Positions 27,920 through 38,700 of a stretch of 64,000 nucleotides of DNA are shown one piece after another; positions within the stretch are counted from its first letter, which is position 1, and the number at the start of each line of letters is the position of its first letter. The stretch lies in sequence record PV400809.1; one strand, given 5' to 3'. The notes under the pieces are model-generated. The model searched no databases. It was given only the letters and a program-made list of their open reading frames with translations, and was not told the DNA's origin. A program made the position numbers and the translations under genes.

Positions 27920-28414
27920 TTAAGCCCTGACTTTGTGTTCTTCCTTTAGCAACGCATTCAAGAAACAGATGTCGCTGTAATCCTGTTTACGACGGAGTCC
28001 TCGTTCAGGGCGACTGTAACTCCCGCGTTTCTGAATCAACAGTGACATCGCATCAAAGATGTAGACTTCAGGACATTGATCCAGCTTAACAGGAACGGTG
28101 GGGAAATAGAGGTTACGTTTACGCACCCAGTAATGGCGGCGTGTGGTGACGTGACCGGTTTGATCCATGGAATCAATAGTCGTTTCAATATGGAACACAT
28201 TGTCTCTCATAGGGCTGAGAATAGCGTTCTGGGTTTCAGCAATGCGTTCAAAGAACGGACTGTCCACCCAAATGTTCAAATCATAGGTGGTTTCACGACC
28301 CCCCATGAGCATGATAGCCCCACCCCCACCAATAGCGATCTTATCCAATGGGGTGTTATGAGTCTCAGAGAACTGTTGAACGGCTTTTACCACTTCCAAT
28401 TGACTATAAAACAT
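27920..28414 (-). CDS. Nucleotidyltransferase-fold protein (paralog A)
   Basis: IAIGGGGAIMLMGGRETTYDLN resembles the GGxA…G.R.T.DxD NTase signature; C-terminal RKQDYSDI. Confidence 0.6.
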   Translation of the reverse strand: MFYSQLEVVKAVQQFSETHNTPLDKIAIGGGGAIMLMGGRETTYDLNIWVDSPFFERIAETQNAILSPMRDNVFHIETTIDSMDQTGHVTTRRHYWVRKRNLYFPTVPVKLDQCPEVYIFDAMSLLIQKRGSYSRPERGLRRKQDYSDICFLNALLKEEHKVRA

Positions 28415-28428
28415 ACCGTAACCTGACC

Positions 28429-28869
28429 TTACAACAATGCGCGTGCGGTGAATGGTTGAGACTGAGTGAGAATTTCCAGTTGGCGGATATCACGGTGATC
28501 CTGTTGGGTCTTAACGTCCGTTCGATCAGCCAGCTTCGTGAGCCAGTGTTTCTGATTCAGTAACTCCGTAGGGCTGTACAACCACACCCCCTCAATACAA
28601 ACCACCCCTGTGTTCTCGTCGTATTCATGGAGATCGACCAGGGGGGTGTATTGAACCCGTTTATTCACGGTTTCGTTCTCGATAACCCCGAACTTATTAC
28701 TCGCCCAGTTGAACACACTGGTAGGGACATCCACATCGAGGTTATTTGTTTCCTCTCGGATCCCCATTACCACCAAGGCGGCACCCGCCGACAGGATCAC
28801 CTGATGCGGCGGGAGGGCGAGGTCTTCGACCAGTTCACGATACCGTTCTATCACTTCAGCTTTGTTCAT
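28429..28869 (-). CDS. Nucleotidyltransferase-fold protein (paralog B)
   Basis: VILSAGAALVVMGIREETNNLDVD; C-terminal KTQQDHRDI. Confidence 0.6.
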   Translation of the reverse strand: MNKAEVIERYRELVEDLALPPHQVILSAGAALVVMGIREETNNLDVDVPTSVFNWASNKFGVIENETVNKRVQYTPLVDLHEYDENTGVVCIEGVWLYSPTELLNQKHWLTKLADRTDVKTQQDHRDIRQLEILTQSQPFTARALL

Positions 28870-28881
28870 GACTCATGACTC

Positions 28882-29175
28882 CTAGTTCATCGGAGCGCTG
28901 ACTCCGAAATAGGACAAGATGTTAAGAACCGACTGCTCAACGGTGTAATCCCCCCCTGGATTCAACAGCGTATAACTCACAGGGGTCTGACCGGTTTCAT
29001 CAAAAGTCACAATCGCTTGCATCGCCCCTCCAAAGACAATGCACGCATTAATGGATTCTTGAGGATCCGAATGGTAATTAATGGTCACTTTAGCCTGACC
29101 CGGCCCCAGCATAAGTGTACCGTCCGGTTGAAGATAGGCATCCAGGGTAACCGATCGTGGGAGTTGAACGTTCAT
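28882..29175 (-). CDS. Hypothetical protein
   Basis: 97 aa from MNVQLP, AAGGA RBS, first gene behind an early-promoter motif. Confidence 0.7.
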   Translation of the reverse strand: MNVQLPRSVTLDAYLQPDGTLMLGPGQAKVTINYHSDPQESINACIVFGGAMQAIVTFDETGQTPVSYTLLNPGGDYTVEQSVLNILSYFGVSAPMN

Positions 29176-29198
29176 TAGAGGTATTCCTTGCAAATGAA

Positions 29199-29210
29199 TA
29201 ATGTAGGTTT
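29199..29210 (-). promoter_or_regulatory. Early-promoter motif
   Basis: AAACCTACATTA immediately downstream of the sbcC stop. Confidence 0.6.
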
Positions 29211-29214
29211 AAAA

Positions 29215-31683
29215 TTAATTGATAACACTGTGTTGATTGACTTCACCCGGTAAACTCAACCCTTCATAACACATCGCAATTACATTCGGGTTGGTGAACA
29301 TTCCGTATTGAGTAATGTAATGGCTAATCATGAAGAGTTGTTTAGCGTCCTTCTGGGTGGTTAACTCGTGAATGAAATTGAAGAAACGACCGCGTTTGAT
29401 TTCATCGAAGGTGGTACCCACCTCATCCAGCATCAGGGGGAAGTTGCCGTGGTAGCGAATGGCGACATACCGGAACGCGAAGTCAATGATACCTGCTTCA
29501 CCCAAACTGCAATCACTGACATCTGGCGTGGGTTCATCATCACCGGTAACCACCGGGAACTTCCAGTTCAAATCCCCGTTGTCCTTATGGCAGGGTTTAA
29601 CAAACAGGGTGGTGTTCCACACCGATTGAATCACCGCATTCATATTGGCGCAATAGGTCTTGATGAAATCCGTCATCAGCTTACCGATCAACCCCTTATT
29701 CGGACACAGACCGTTCATTAACCCATCCACAATCTTCAGACGGCGTTTTAAACGATCAATGTCTTCCGAAATAGACGCGACGACTGCACTCAACGAACGG
29801 CTTTTGATAATGGAGGCGAGGTATTCATCCTTCTCATCCGTTAGCAAATGAATCCGTTCATCAACCCGTTTACGCAGTTCCACTAACCCTTGTTGTTCCA
29901 GCCCATTGAAGATCTCGTCTTTAAGACAGCGGAGGGTCTCCAGGTCTCGGGTGTAGGTGTGGATGGTCTTTAGGTTCCTTGTAAGCTGTTCAATACGCCG
30001 ACGGTAGAAACCAATACGACTGTTCTCCACTTCCAGGTCGTGTTCCAGACTCTTTAAGTAGGTGGCGATGTCTAATACCGAATCCTTCTGTAACAGCCCT
30101 ATACGCGTGTTTAAGAGCTTTTCTTCTTCCAATAGGGCATCGATACGTTTCTTACAGTTAAAACGCCCCATGAAGGCCCTGAGGGCGTTTAAAAGGATGT
30201 TGGTATCCGACTTACCCATGTCGTATGCTTTAATCAGCTCAGGAAGGCATTTAACGTCACCATTCATCCGACAGAACTGATGTAAGGCTAACATGCTGTG
30301 GTACCACTCACTGTCCTGTTCGACTAATTTTTCCAGGGTTTCAACATCCTGCACCAGTTTAGTCACACTCAACTTAAGGGCTTCCGCTTTAACCCGTGCT
30401 GCACGCAGTTCATTCGCGGTAATCCCGACCTTGAATTCATGGGTACATTCCGGACAAGTCACCAGTTCCATGGCATCATAATGTTTCAACTGGTGGGTGA
30501 GAGTGTCCAGCTCATTCTTAGAGGCCCTCAGTTGATTACGGGTTTGCTCCAATTTGACGGTATACTCTTTATACCGCCCTCCGGTTAACTCAGGAGTACT
30601 GGCATTCACCACCCGACGCAATTGAGCCACCAAGGCCTCGTACACCAATTCCAAACCGGTAAAGTCATAGGCGTCATCGTTGAACAAAGGGTAATTACCC
30701 AATAGCACCCCATGTTGTTTGTATTCTTCCCGGAGAGCAGTGAGTTCCACCTTGAGTTGTTCCGCTTGATGATGGAAGACAAAGGGATCTTCTTTGATCT
30801 CTTCCATTCCTTCCAAAACCCCTACATGCTCACTGATGACCATTTGAATGGCAGTGGCTTGACCTTCGTGAACACTCAAGATAGCTTGAACTGTTTCGAT
30901 TCCCTGTCTGAGTTCAACCTCGGTCTCAAAGAACCCACTGACTCGGTTCAACGCCATCTGCTCAGCCAGGCGCTTGAAAGTATCAATCTTACTTTGGAGC
31001 TCAGGGTCTACTTTCACCTGCTCCAAACCCCCTCGTACCAACAAGGACTCCCTCAGTTCAGTCTCAATCGTCTTAACTCGACGTTCCAGCTCTTCCGGAC
31101 CACATTCGGTGATCTGCTTGAGTTTAGCACTCTCTTCCGTATACCGCGTGACTTGGTTCTTAATTGCAGCCGCCAGTTCACGACGTTCTGTCTTAAGCTT
31201 GTTAAAGACCCCTAAGGCGTAACTCGTGTCATTCGGGTAGATGAACATAAAGAAGTCTTTACGTTGAGCCACTGGCATCGCTGAAAACAGACTGTTGGGT
31301 TTAAGCCCGGACAGAATACGGCTGATAGTACTGTCTAACCGGAAATGGATCCATACCAAGTCCTTCTGTTCCGTAAAGGTTCCATTCTTGTTTAACTCTT
31401 TCCCGTTAAACTTGAAACTGTGACCATTGCCTAAGTCTGTTTTAGAATCCAAAACGAAATGGTCCAATCCCCGTTTAATCTCCACGTACTTGCGTCCAAC
31501 ACCGCGGTAGTTGGCATTTTCAGGAGCCAGGGGATTGGCTTCTCGGAGGATACTGGTTTTCCCGACACCGTTCTGAGCGATCAACAGGTTAACCAAATGA
31601 TTCAGATCCAATTCTACCCGTTTGATTCCGCTGCTTAACAGAGGAATGTAATTCTCTAGGATCAATTTAGTTAATATAAACAT
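29215..31683 (-). CDS. sbcC: SbcC/Rad50-like SMC ATPase
   Basis: Walker A AQNGVGKTS, long coiled coil with central CPEC hook, signature CSLGE, Walker B LMLDE. Confidence 0.92.
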   Translation of the reverse strand: MFILTKLILENYIPLLSSGIKRVELDLNHLVNLLIAQNGVGKTSILREANPLAPENANYRGVGRKYVEIKRGLDHFVLDSKTDLGNGHSFKFNGKELNKNGTFTEQKDLVWIHFRLDSTISRILSGLKPNSLFSAMPVAQRKDFFMFIYPNDTSYALGVFNKLKTERRELAAAIKNQVTRYTEESAKLKQITECGPEELERRVKTIETELRESLLVRGGLEQVKVDPELQSKIDTFKRLAEQMALNRVSGFFETEVELRQGIETVQAILSVHEGQATAIQMVISEHVGVLEGMEEIKEDPFVFHHQAEQLKVELTALREEYKQHGVLLGNYPLFNDDAYDFTGLELVYEALVAQLRRVVNASTPELTGGRYKEYTVKLEQTRNQLRASKNELDTLTHQLKHYDAMELVTCPECTHEFKVGITANELRAARVKAEALKLSVTKLVQDVETLEKLVEQDSEWYHSMLALHQFCRMNGDVKCLPELIKAYDMGKSDTNILLNALRAFMGRFNCKKRIDALLEEEKLLNTRIGLLQKDSVLDIATYLKSLEHDLEVENSRIGFYRRRIEQLTRNLKTIHTYTRDLETLRCLKDEIFNGLEQQGLVELRKRVDERIHLLTDEKDEYLASIIKSRSLSAVVASISEDIDRLKRRLKIVDGLMNGLCPNKGLIGKLMTDFIKTYCANMNAVIQSVWNTTLFVKPCHKDNGDLNWKFPVVTGDDEPTPDVSDCSLGEAGIIDFAFRYVAIRYHGNFPLMLDEVGTTFDEIKRGRFFNFIHELTTQKDAKQLFMISHYITQYGMFTNPNVIAMCYEGLSLPGEVNQHSVIN

Positions 31684-31733
31684 GGTATGAATTCTTTAAG
31701 TGAAGTGAGTCTCTAGATAATGAGGACGCGAGT

Positions 31734-32741
31734 ATGAGTTTAGTGAACGTGGTTAAATGGTTGGGTGTAGGGACGGTTGCCGCCACGAAGGACACCAATA
31801 CCCACGAAGCAATGATCCACCTTCCGTTGCATTCCCCTACCGCCGACGGGAGAACCCTGGCTAAGACAGAACAGAAGGAAGAAACCAGCCAGAATAAAGA
31901 AGGGGAGATGATTACCAGTAAAACCCTGGTCTCTAACACTGTACCAGCGGTCTGGCGATCTATTGGGAATGGGAACCGACTTACCTCACCGGATGTCCGG
32001 GAAGGGGCTAAGGTGTGGGTGTTTCAAATCACAGGTCAGAACCAGTATTACTGGGACATCTTTGGGGACAATACGGATCGTTTCCGCTTAGAGACGGTTT
32101 TGTGGGGCTGGGGGGCTAACCCTGGATTGGCTCAGGACGTCGCCTTTAACCCGGATAACTTCTATACAGCCAGGGTCAGTACCCACGACGGGTTAGTGGG
32201 ACTGCGGACCTCTCAGTCCAATGGGGAACGGTCGGGCTTTGATATCCAAGTCAATGCCAAAGAAGGCCGCATCGATATTCGAGGAACTGATGGGAGTATC
32301 TTCAGTTTCGATGATTACAAACATCAGTTCACCTATACCAACAAGGAAGGGTCCACCATTGCTGTCAATAAGGAGAAGATGGCCTTTTACACCAAAGACA
32401 GTATTAGCTTTCATGCGGAGAAGGAAATCAATGTCTTAACGAAGACCTTTAACCTTCAGTCCGACACCATTAACATGAAAGCCAATTTGGCGAACATCGC
32501 CATTGGTCAGACGAACTGGGAAGGGAACATTACCCATACGGGCAATACCGAACAAGAAGGGAACTATACTCAAGAGGGTAATTATACCCAAAACGGGAAT
32601 ACCACCCGTACCGGTAACAGTGTGAGTACAGGTCTTGTTATTGGACAAACCGATGTGAGAACCGTGAGAGTGTCCCTGAACCTCCATATTCACGGAGGTG
32701 TAGACCCGGGCAATGGAACCACCTCGCCACCCGTGGCTTAA
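31734..32741 (+). CDS. Baseplate central spike (phiKZ gp164/gpV-like)
   Basis: OB-fold-like N-terminus, GNxxQxG beta-helix repeats, C-terminal HIHGGV…TSPP metal-binding tip. Confidence 0.85.
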   Translation: MSLVNVVKWLGVGTVAATKDTNTHEAMIHLPLHSPTADGRTLAKTEQKEETSQNKEGEMITSKTLVSNTVPAVWRSIGNGNRLTSPDVREGAKVWVFQITGQNQYYWDIFGDNTDRFRLETVLWGWGANPGLAQDVAFNPDNFYTARVSTHDGLVGLRTSQSNGERSGFDIQVNAKEGRIDIRGTDGSIFSFDDYKHQFTYTNKEGSTIAVNKEKMAFYTKDSISFHAEKEINVLTKTFNLQSDTINMKANLANIAIGQTNWEGNITHTGNTEQEGNYTQEGNYTQNGNTTRTGNSVSTGLVIGQTDVRTVRVSLNLHIHGGVDPGNGTTSPPVA

Positions 32742-32753
32742 TCCACTGGACCT

Positions 32754-32783
32754 CCCCTACCTCCCTTAACGGGGAGGTAGGGG
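32754..32783. terminator. Terminator between convergent genes
   Basis: CCCCTACCTCCC/GGGAGGTAGGGG 12-bp stem. Confidence 0.7.
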
Positions 32784-32796
32784 GATTCATTAAGGG

Positions 32797-35667
32797 TTAA
32801 TCAATGATGTCACGTCGGGTAAAGAAGGTGTTAACCCCCAAGTTCCCGTCATCCACAAAGGTGGGAATAGCCGTACCCCGACGGGTAGAACTCACCACAT
32901 GACCACCCATCACGATGTACGAATGATCGATGGTAAGAATCCCGTTCGTTGCAATCCCAAAGAGGACTTCCGAGTTATTGACCTCTCGGCGTACGGGAGA
33001 CCCCAACCCTACCAACGCATCCCCTTGGCGTACCAAATAACAGTACGTCGTTCCGGTAGGGTTGACCTTAATGGGGTATTCCTTATCCAGGATATACGCA
33101 CGACCCCTTATAACCACCCTGGATCGAGCAGGGATGCTCACCCAGCCGCTTTCATTTACGTCGTACGGATCCACCACCCCCGCTCCGCCGACCTCCAACA
33201 GATTCGTGGAGTAGCCGGTGTTAGCAGGGTCGTACTGGTAGATTCCCTTCCGAGGGATCAAGACAGGTGGGTGAACTTCGTTCACCGTATCAAAGGGTGA
33301 TGACGCCGTATACAGTTTCGCTGGATTGACCCGTCCTACGGTGTAGGTGGGTGTAAACGGGTAATCCGTGATTTTGAAACTGATATCCCCGTAGAGGTCC
33401 CCAAAGGGTCGACTGACCACAACCGCCCATTCATACCGTTGGGTTTCAATCACTTGGACATCCACGTAGGTCATCCACGGGTTATCACCGGAATGGGAAT
33501 AGCGGTACGCGCCCGGTACGACCATACCTGCTGGGGTAACCGGTTTAGTAACGAAGCCCGTAGCGGAGGGGAAGTTCAGCCTAAAGACCCCACCACTCAC
33601 CGTATACGGAACCACAGCAGCCTCTGCGTAACACATCCCATCGGTAATCACGACCAACGCGAAGTTATCCGCGACAGCAAAGACGTTGATCACACTTTCC
33701 CTGAGGGCGTTGTTGACTTGAGGGTTCGCGATGGCTGCACGAGCCAGAATACCCCCACTGGCGGCTTGCAGGGTAATCAAGCTGGTTGGGGAGAGTTTGA
33801 CCTCAGCGCCCAACTGGACTCGTCCATTCGCCAGGGCGATTGAAGCATACCCGGTATACTGGTTATCCGGTGTGAAACACAGGGCGTTGATACTGACTCC
33901 ATCCACCAGCAGGCTAGCAAACGACGCCATAGCTCTAGGGATACGGGTCAACTCCCGATTAATAATCCCAACATCCGCTGGAACAATACCGAACTTATTC
34001 CCAGTGGTTACACCCACAATGGAGGTGTTCGACCAGGTCAACTCACTCCACTCATACAACCCGGTTTCACTGTCAACGGAATAAGCCAGATACCGCGTGG
34101 TACCAGCGGTGTGTTCAATGGGGAATAAGCGATCAGGAACCGGCCCAAACGGGCTATGGCGTGACGGAGGATAAAACTCTGTACGAACTTCATCCATCCC
34201 CACTTCAGCCCGTTCTCCCAACACCCATTCCCTCAAGCCTTTATGGGGGGTGGTAAATCGCTTAACCCGTAGACCGTTCTTCGTGGCGACCGCTTTAACC
34301 ACTTCCCCTGACTTCAGAACGACCCCGGGATACCAGGTCGGATTATTGAAATCCCAGGTGTTCGCGTACCGCAGCCATTTAGCATCGGCGGTGGGTAGCA
34401 TATTCGGTTGAATAATGTCCTTGGCCAAATTACCCAGTTGGGTAAAGGTTGCCGTCCCTCCATTCTCCAAGGTACCCGGGGCAATGGATTCCACGAAGGA
34501 GAGGTTATACGGTCGGCGAATACCCCCTTGGACCACATTCACCGGAATAACGACAAAGAGGTAGATTTCCCGGTCTTGAATGTTCCAGAAGAGGGCTGTG
34601 GTGGGTTGCAGTCCTCCATTCATCTCCAGGGTCTGACCTGCACTCAGGGTCACAAAGTCATTAATGTCGTACGAATGACTCCCGTTAGCCGGTCCGGTAT
34701 ACGGTGCCTTATTGATTTGAGTAAACCGGGCGGTGTACGACGCAGTCACCTGCTCCACCAAAGTGGGATCGGTTTCCAGGAAGTTCACGTTGAAGAAATA
34801 GTGCTTTAGGGTCAGAACCGTACCGACTCGGTCCCAGCTAATCCCCAGCCCTTTATACACCGCCGTGCTATACCCTTGATACAGCAGGAAGTTCGCATTA
34901 CTGGGGGTTAATGGGAGGGTGTTCTTGAACTCGTAGATCTTCTTCTCAGCCAGGGGTTTAAAGAAGGCTACTTTGCCCGAACTGGTAAACCCTCCTACCG
35001 CATTCCAATTCCGTCCAGTGTAATACGCGTTGAGGTTCTGAATCTCCGAGAACTGTGTTCCCCCTGCGTTCGCCAGAGAACCAGACAGGAAGGCTGTGTA
35101 CCGTTGGTAACGAGACGGATCGGTAACCGGAGACAACACCAGACGGTCATTGTTGATCATCATCCCGACATTCAGAGAGTACCCAAAATAACGAATGGGT
35201 TGAATCACTGTTGGAGCAACCACCGGGTATTCATCCGGGTTGTAGAACGACGAGAATTGGAACACGTCATTGGGTTGATAATCCGCACCGTTATAACCGA
35301 CGTTGTTGGTTACAACCGCAGCGCGAGCACCGTGAGGGGTCACATACGCCAACACAGGCGTTAGAGACTGTTGTTCCGCCAGGGTAGCCGTCCGGTAGTT
35401 GTCCTTAAGACCCAATCCAATCGTCAGTTTGGTTTCACCGTGGACCGCCCCCCGGGAATTGATGTGGGCGTCAATGGGGACAATGGCTTGGTTAATGAAA
35501 TCATTCAGGTTTGCGTTGAACAACCGGATCTTTTCTTTAGTCCCCTCATTGTAGCTGTGAACACACGCTTCCAGTTTGTAGGTCATCTCATTGAGCTTGG
35601 AGATCACTCCACCGAACCTGGGTTCAGGGTTTTCGATGAAAGGGGGTTCCCCGCCAAGGATAATCAT
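32797..35667 (-). CDS. Large virion tail/baseplate fibre protein (paralog 3)
   Basis: HGETKLTIGLGLKDNYRTAT trimeric-fibre motif; C-terminal RRGTAIP shared with the two neighbours. Confidence 0.7.
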   Translation of the reverse strand: MIILGGEPPFIENPEPRFGGVISKLNEMTYKLEACVHSYNEGTKEKIRLFNANLNDFINQAIVPIDAHINSRGAVHGETKLTIGLGLKDNYRTATLAEQQSLTPVLAYVTPHGARAAVVTNNVGYNGADYQPNDVFQFSSFYNPDEYPVVAPTVIQPIRYFGYSLNVGMMINNDRLVLSPVTDPSRYQRYTAFLSGSLANAGGTQFSEIQNLNAYYTGRNWNAVGGFTSSGKVAFFKPLAEKKIYEFKNTLPLTPSNANFLLYQGYSTAVYKGLGISWDRVGTVLTLKHYFFNVNFLETDPTLVEQVTASYTARFTQINKAPYTGPANGSHSYDINDFVTLSAGQTLEMNGGLQPTTALFWNIQDREIYLFVVIPVNVVQGGIRRPYNLSFVESIAPGTLENGGTATFTQLGNLAKDIIQPNMLPTADAKWLRYANTWDFNNPTWYPGVVLKSGEVVKAVATKNGLRVKRFTTPHKGLREWVLGERAEVGMDEVRTEFYPPSRHSPFGPVPDRLFPIEHTAGTTRYLAYSVDSETGLYEWSELTWSNTSIVGVTTGNKFGIVPADVGIINRELTRIPRAMASFASLLVDGVSINALCFTPDNQYTGYASIALANGRVQLGAEVKLSPTSLITLQAASGGILARAAIANPQVNNALRESVINVFAVADNFALVVITDGMCYAEAAVVPYTVSGGVFRLNFPSATGFVTKPVTPAGMVVPGAYRYSHSGDNPWMTYVDVQVIETQRYEWAVVVSRPFGDLYGDISFKITDYPFTPTYTVGRVNPAKLYTASSPFDTVNEVHPPVLIPRKGIYQYDPANTGYSTNLLEVGGAGVVDPYDVNESGWVSIPARSRVVIRGRAYILDKEYPIKVNPTGTTYCYLVRQGDALVGLGSPVRREVNNSEVLFGIATNGILTIDHSYIVMGGHVVSSTRRGTAIPTFVDDGNLGVNTFFTRRDIID

Positions 35668-35716
35668 AAAGCTACTCCATTTAAAAGATCAGGGGGAGGT
35701 TTACTCCCCCTTTACC

Positions 35717-38700
35717 TTAAGGTAAAAGTTCCGAGGCTTTCAAGAAGCTAAACGTACCTTCATCCTGCGGTAAACCAGAACTCACCGGAATAATCCCTCC
35801 CGTCCGTGTGTAACTTAATAGGAACTCACCGATGGTAAAGACTTTCTGCCGGGTAATACTGGCGATCTGGTTGGTGTTCGTCACGGCGGTTGCGACATGC
35901 AGCAACTCACTGGAACGCCGCAGTTTAACATCGGAGACAATATACCGCCCTTCCGACTCTTCAACCGTCGCATAGATGTAGAACGTTTTGTTACGAGGAT
36001 TCGAGGACACATTCCTCAAGTCGATAGACCCACCGGGCATTTTGTACACGGTACCGTTGATCATCATCTCGACTTCTTCTTGGAAGAAAATCGTCCAACC
36101 CACTTCCGGGTAACAGGAACCAATCAGATACGTGTTCGCTCCGATCTTCCCTACATACCCCGCACCGCCAGTGTCCTCAAAGACGTAGCCTTGCTGTTGG
36201 GTAATTAACCCGGCTTTAGGAATGGCGTGGTTCTGCACGCACCACGCCGCGGACATTCCTTCCCCGTTGTTAAAAGGTGTAACACTGGAGAATTTCTGAG
36301 TGGTCTTATTAAGGCTGAAAGTCAGGACTGCTTTGTTGAACCCCAAGGCGTCGCCTCGGACGTTGTACAACGACGAAATACGCCCGGAGAGGGTATTCGT
36401 TGCTTCATCCACATAAAGCGACACTTGAGGACACGCCACAACATCCGCTTCTGTGTCACTCCACTCATCCCCAGCCCCACTGTTGTTCACCGTGGTGATA
36501 AATGCGGTTTGATCAAGAATCGTAAGGTCATCAATCGGGTAGACCCCCGAGACTGGATTACCAATCACCGGTGCACAGGCCAACAGTTTACTCTTGACCA
36601 CATACCGACCCCCTTCGATGTCCCGGGTATGAACCAACACCAGCACGTAGTTCATCCGACTGAACCCTTTACCACTGACGGGATTGATCACCATCAACTC
36701 AACCGCCCATTTCTCCCTGAGGGTATCGGGGATCAACTGGATCAGTTTATCCATGACGTTACGCTTAACACCCCAATGGCTTTCACCCTTCAGAGTAAAG
36801 GTTTGATCCCCAGCGTCCATTACCCGACTGAAGGTCCTAGGGCAGGATAACACGATCCCATTTCCTTTAGGGGCTTTAAAGGTAAACTCCCGAGGGCATG
36901 TGGTATCGGATTCAACCCCTGAGGCCAGGTCGTCGAAATGGTTCATTCCCATTACAGAGAAACAACTGTTCCCCATTTCAATCCCTTCAGCGGTCAGGAA
37001 CGCTGCACTCCCGGTTACACTGATCAGGGAAGTATTACGATCTAACCGGTTCTCGTACACCTCCGCACTGATCGGTCGAGCCGATAAGGTGGGGTAGTTG
37101 CTGTTGGTAATCCCAGGACGGACGGCGTATTCACCGCTGACCTTCCGGTAAAAAAACGACCGATTATTGTCCACAGCGCTGTCTGCCCAGAAATACTCCC
37201 CGGCAAGTTCATACCCCACTGCACTGACTCGCCCCCCGTTCTTGATAGGGTAACTGGGTGTTTCCCATTTTCCCACCCCCGAGAAGTTCGCATTGTCTGC
37301 GTGCATGTAATCCCGCAGCATCCCACTGGCGGTTACATTAGGGTTTTTGTTGAACTGCAAGCGACTAAACAACCCCGGGAAGGAGACCCTCAAGCCTAGA
37401 CGTGACATCCCAACAATCACCTTATTCTCCAACAGGAGGTGACTGGAGTGATCAGAGATGTTGAAGAAGACGTCACTAATGCCTGCATAATGCACAGAGG
37501 CCGTTGAATTTTTGCTGATGATCTTGCTCAGATCAACGGTCTGTACGGGGGGTTGTTTAACCACTACGAAGGTCGCGGTTTCAGGGTTGAAATCGTAACT
37601 GCAATCGATGTACACCCCGGTTACACGGTCCACCCCGTTGATGTTCCCAGTAAAGAACATCATCCCGAAGTAATGCATGGAACAATATTGAGGTCCTATG
37701 TCACTGGTTTCAGAGAAGAACATCAGGGGACGTCGTTGGGATCCCTTAACCCCTTTCTTGGCCTTATAAGGCGCAAAGGTAATGGGGCCGTAGGTACTGA
37801 ATTCACCGTCTGGAGGAGCAGGGGTGAACTCAATGTAGTCAACATTGCTCTGTAAGGCCCCTGGGACGTTCGTCAGTGAGACTTTAACCCGACTGAAGGT
37901 AAGAGGCTGCCCATTCTTAATCGCGCTGAGAGGGGCCCTGTAGGCCCGTGTACGGCTATGCCCCCAACCACCCCATTGACCTTCAGTTATAGCTGTCACA
38001 AACAAGTAGACCCAATTACCCAACGTGTGTATTTGACTCCACTCCGTTAGGCGAACCGACGTCCCCAGATCTTGGATAGCCAAATCAATGTTACACTTCA
38101 CAAACACATGCGCGGAAGGATCCAGTGTGCCATTGGTCAGCGCCGCGTACACCTGGTTCGTCCCATCCCGGGTTACCATGATGATAGTCCGACCACTCCC
38201 TGTAAAGACCCGGTTAGGTACGAAGCCAATGGCCGTTAACGACGGGGGTTGGTATTTATACCCGGTGAAGGAAACGTCAGGATTCAGACTCAAATGATTC
38301 CGAACCACGGTGTAATACAACCCTTCCGTCCGTCCGTCGTAATGAGCCCGAATAAAGACCAGGTTATCATTCAGTTCCAATACCGCTGCGCAGTCAGGAG
38401 TAACACCCCCTAACCCTTCAAACGAACCACTAATACCCGGAGGGATATAATCCGTTCCTCCAAATCGACTAATGGCAATAATCCCTGAACGCATGGAAGC
38501 CGACGTATCCGGTGTATACCCCCTGACCAGTTCCTTAACACCCAGCGTGGTACTGAAGAGGTTATCAGCCGTACCCGCCTTATCCTGTTCGGGAGTAGCT
38601 GTAGCAAAGTTATCCAGATTGCCCAGGTTAAGGTTGGTCTTCGTTTGGAGGTGAGGGGCGTTGTAATTCTTGTCGTGTTCGACAAGACGACGCATCTGGG

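Noticed and set aside
25866-31683. Inteins, introns or homing endonucleases in ligase or SbcC
   Set aside because: Protein lengths and motif order are normal; no splice-junction, LAGLIDADG or HNH motifs seen
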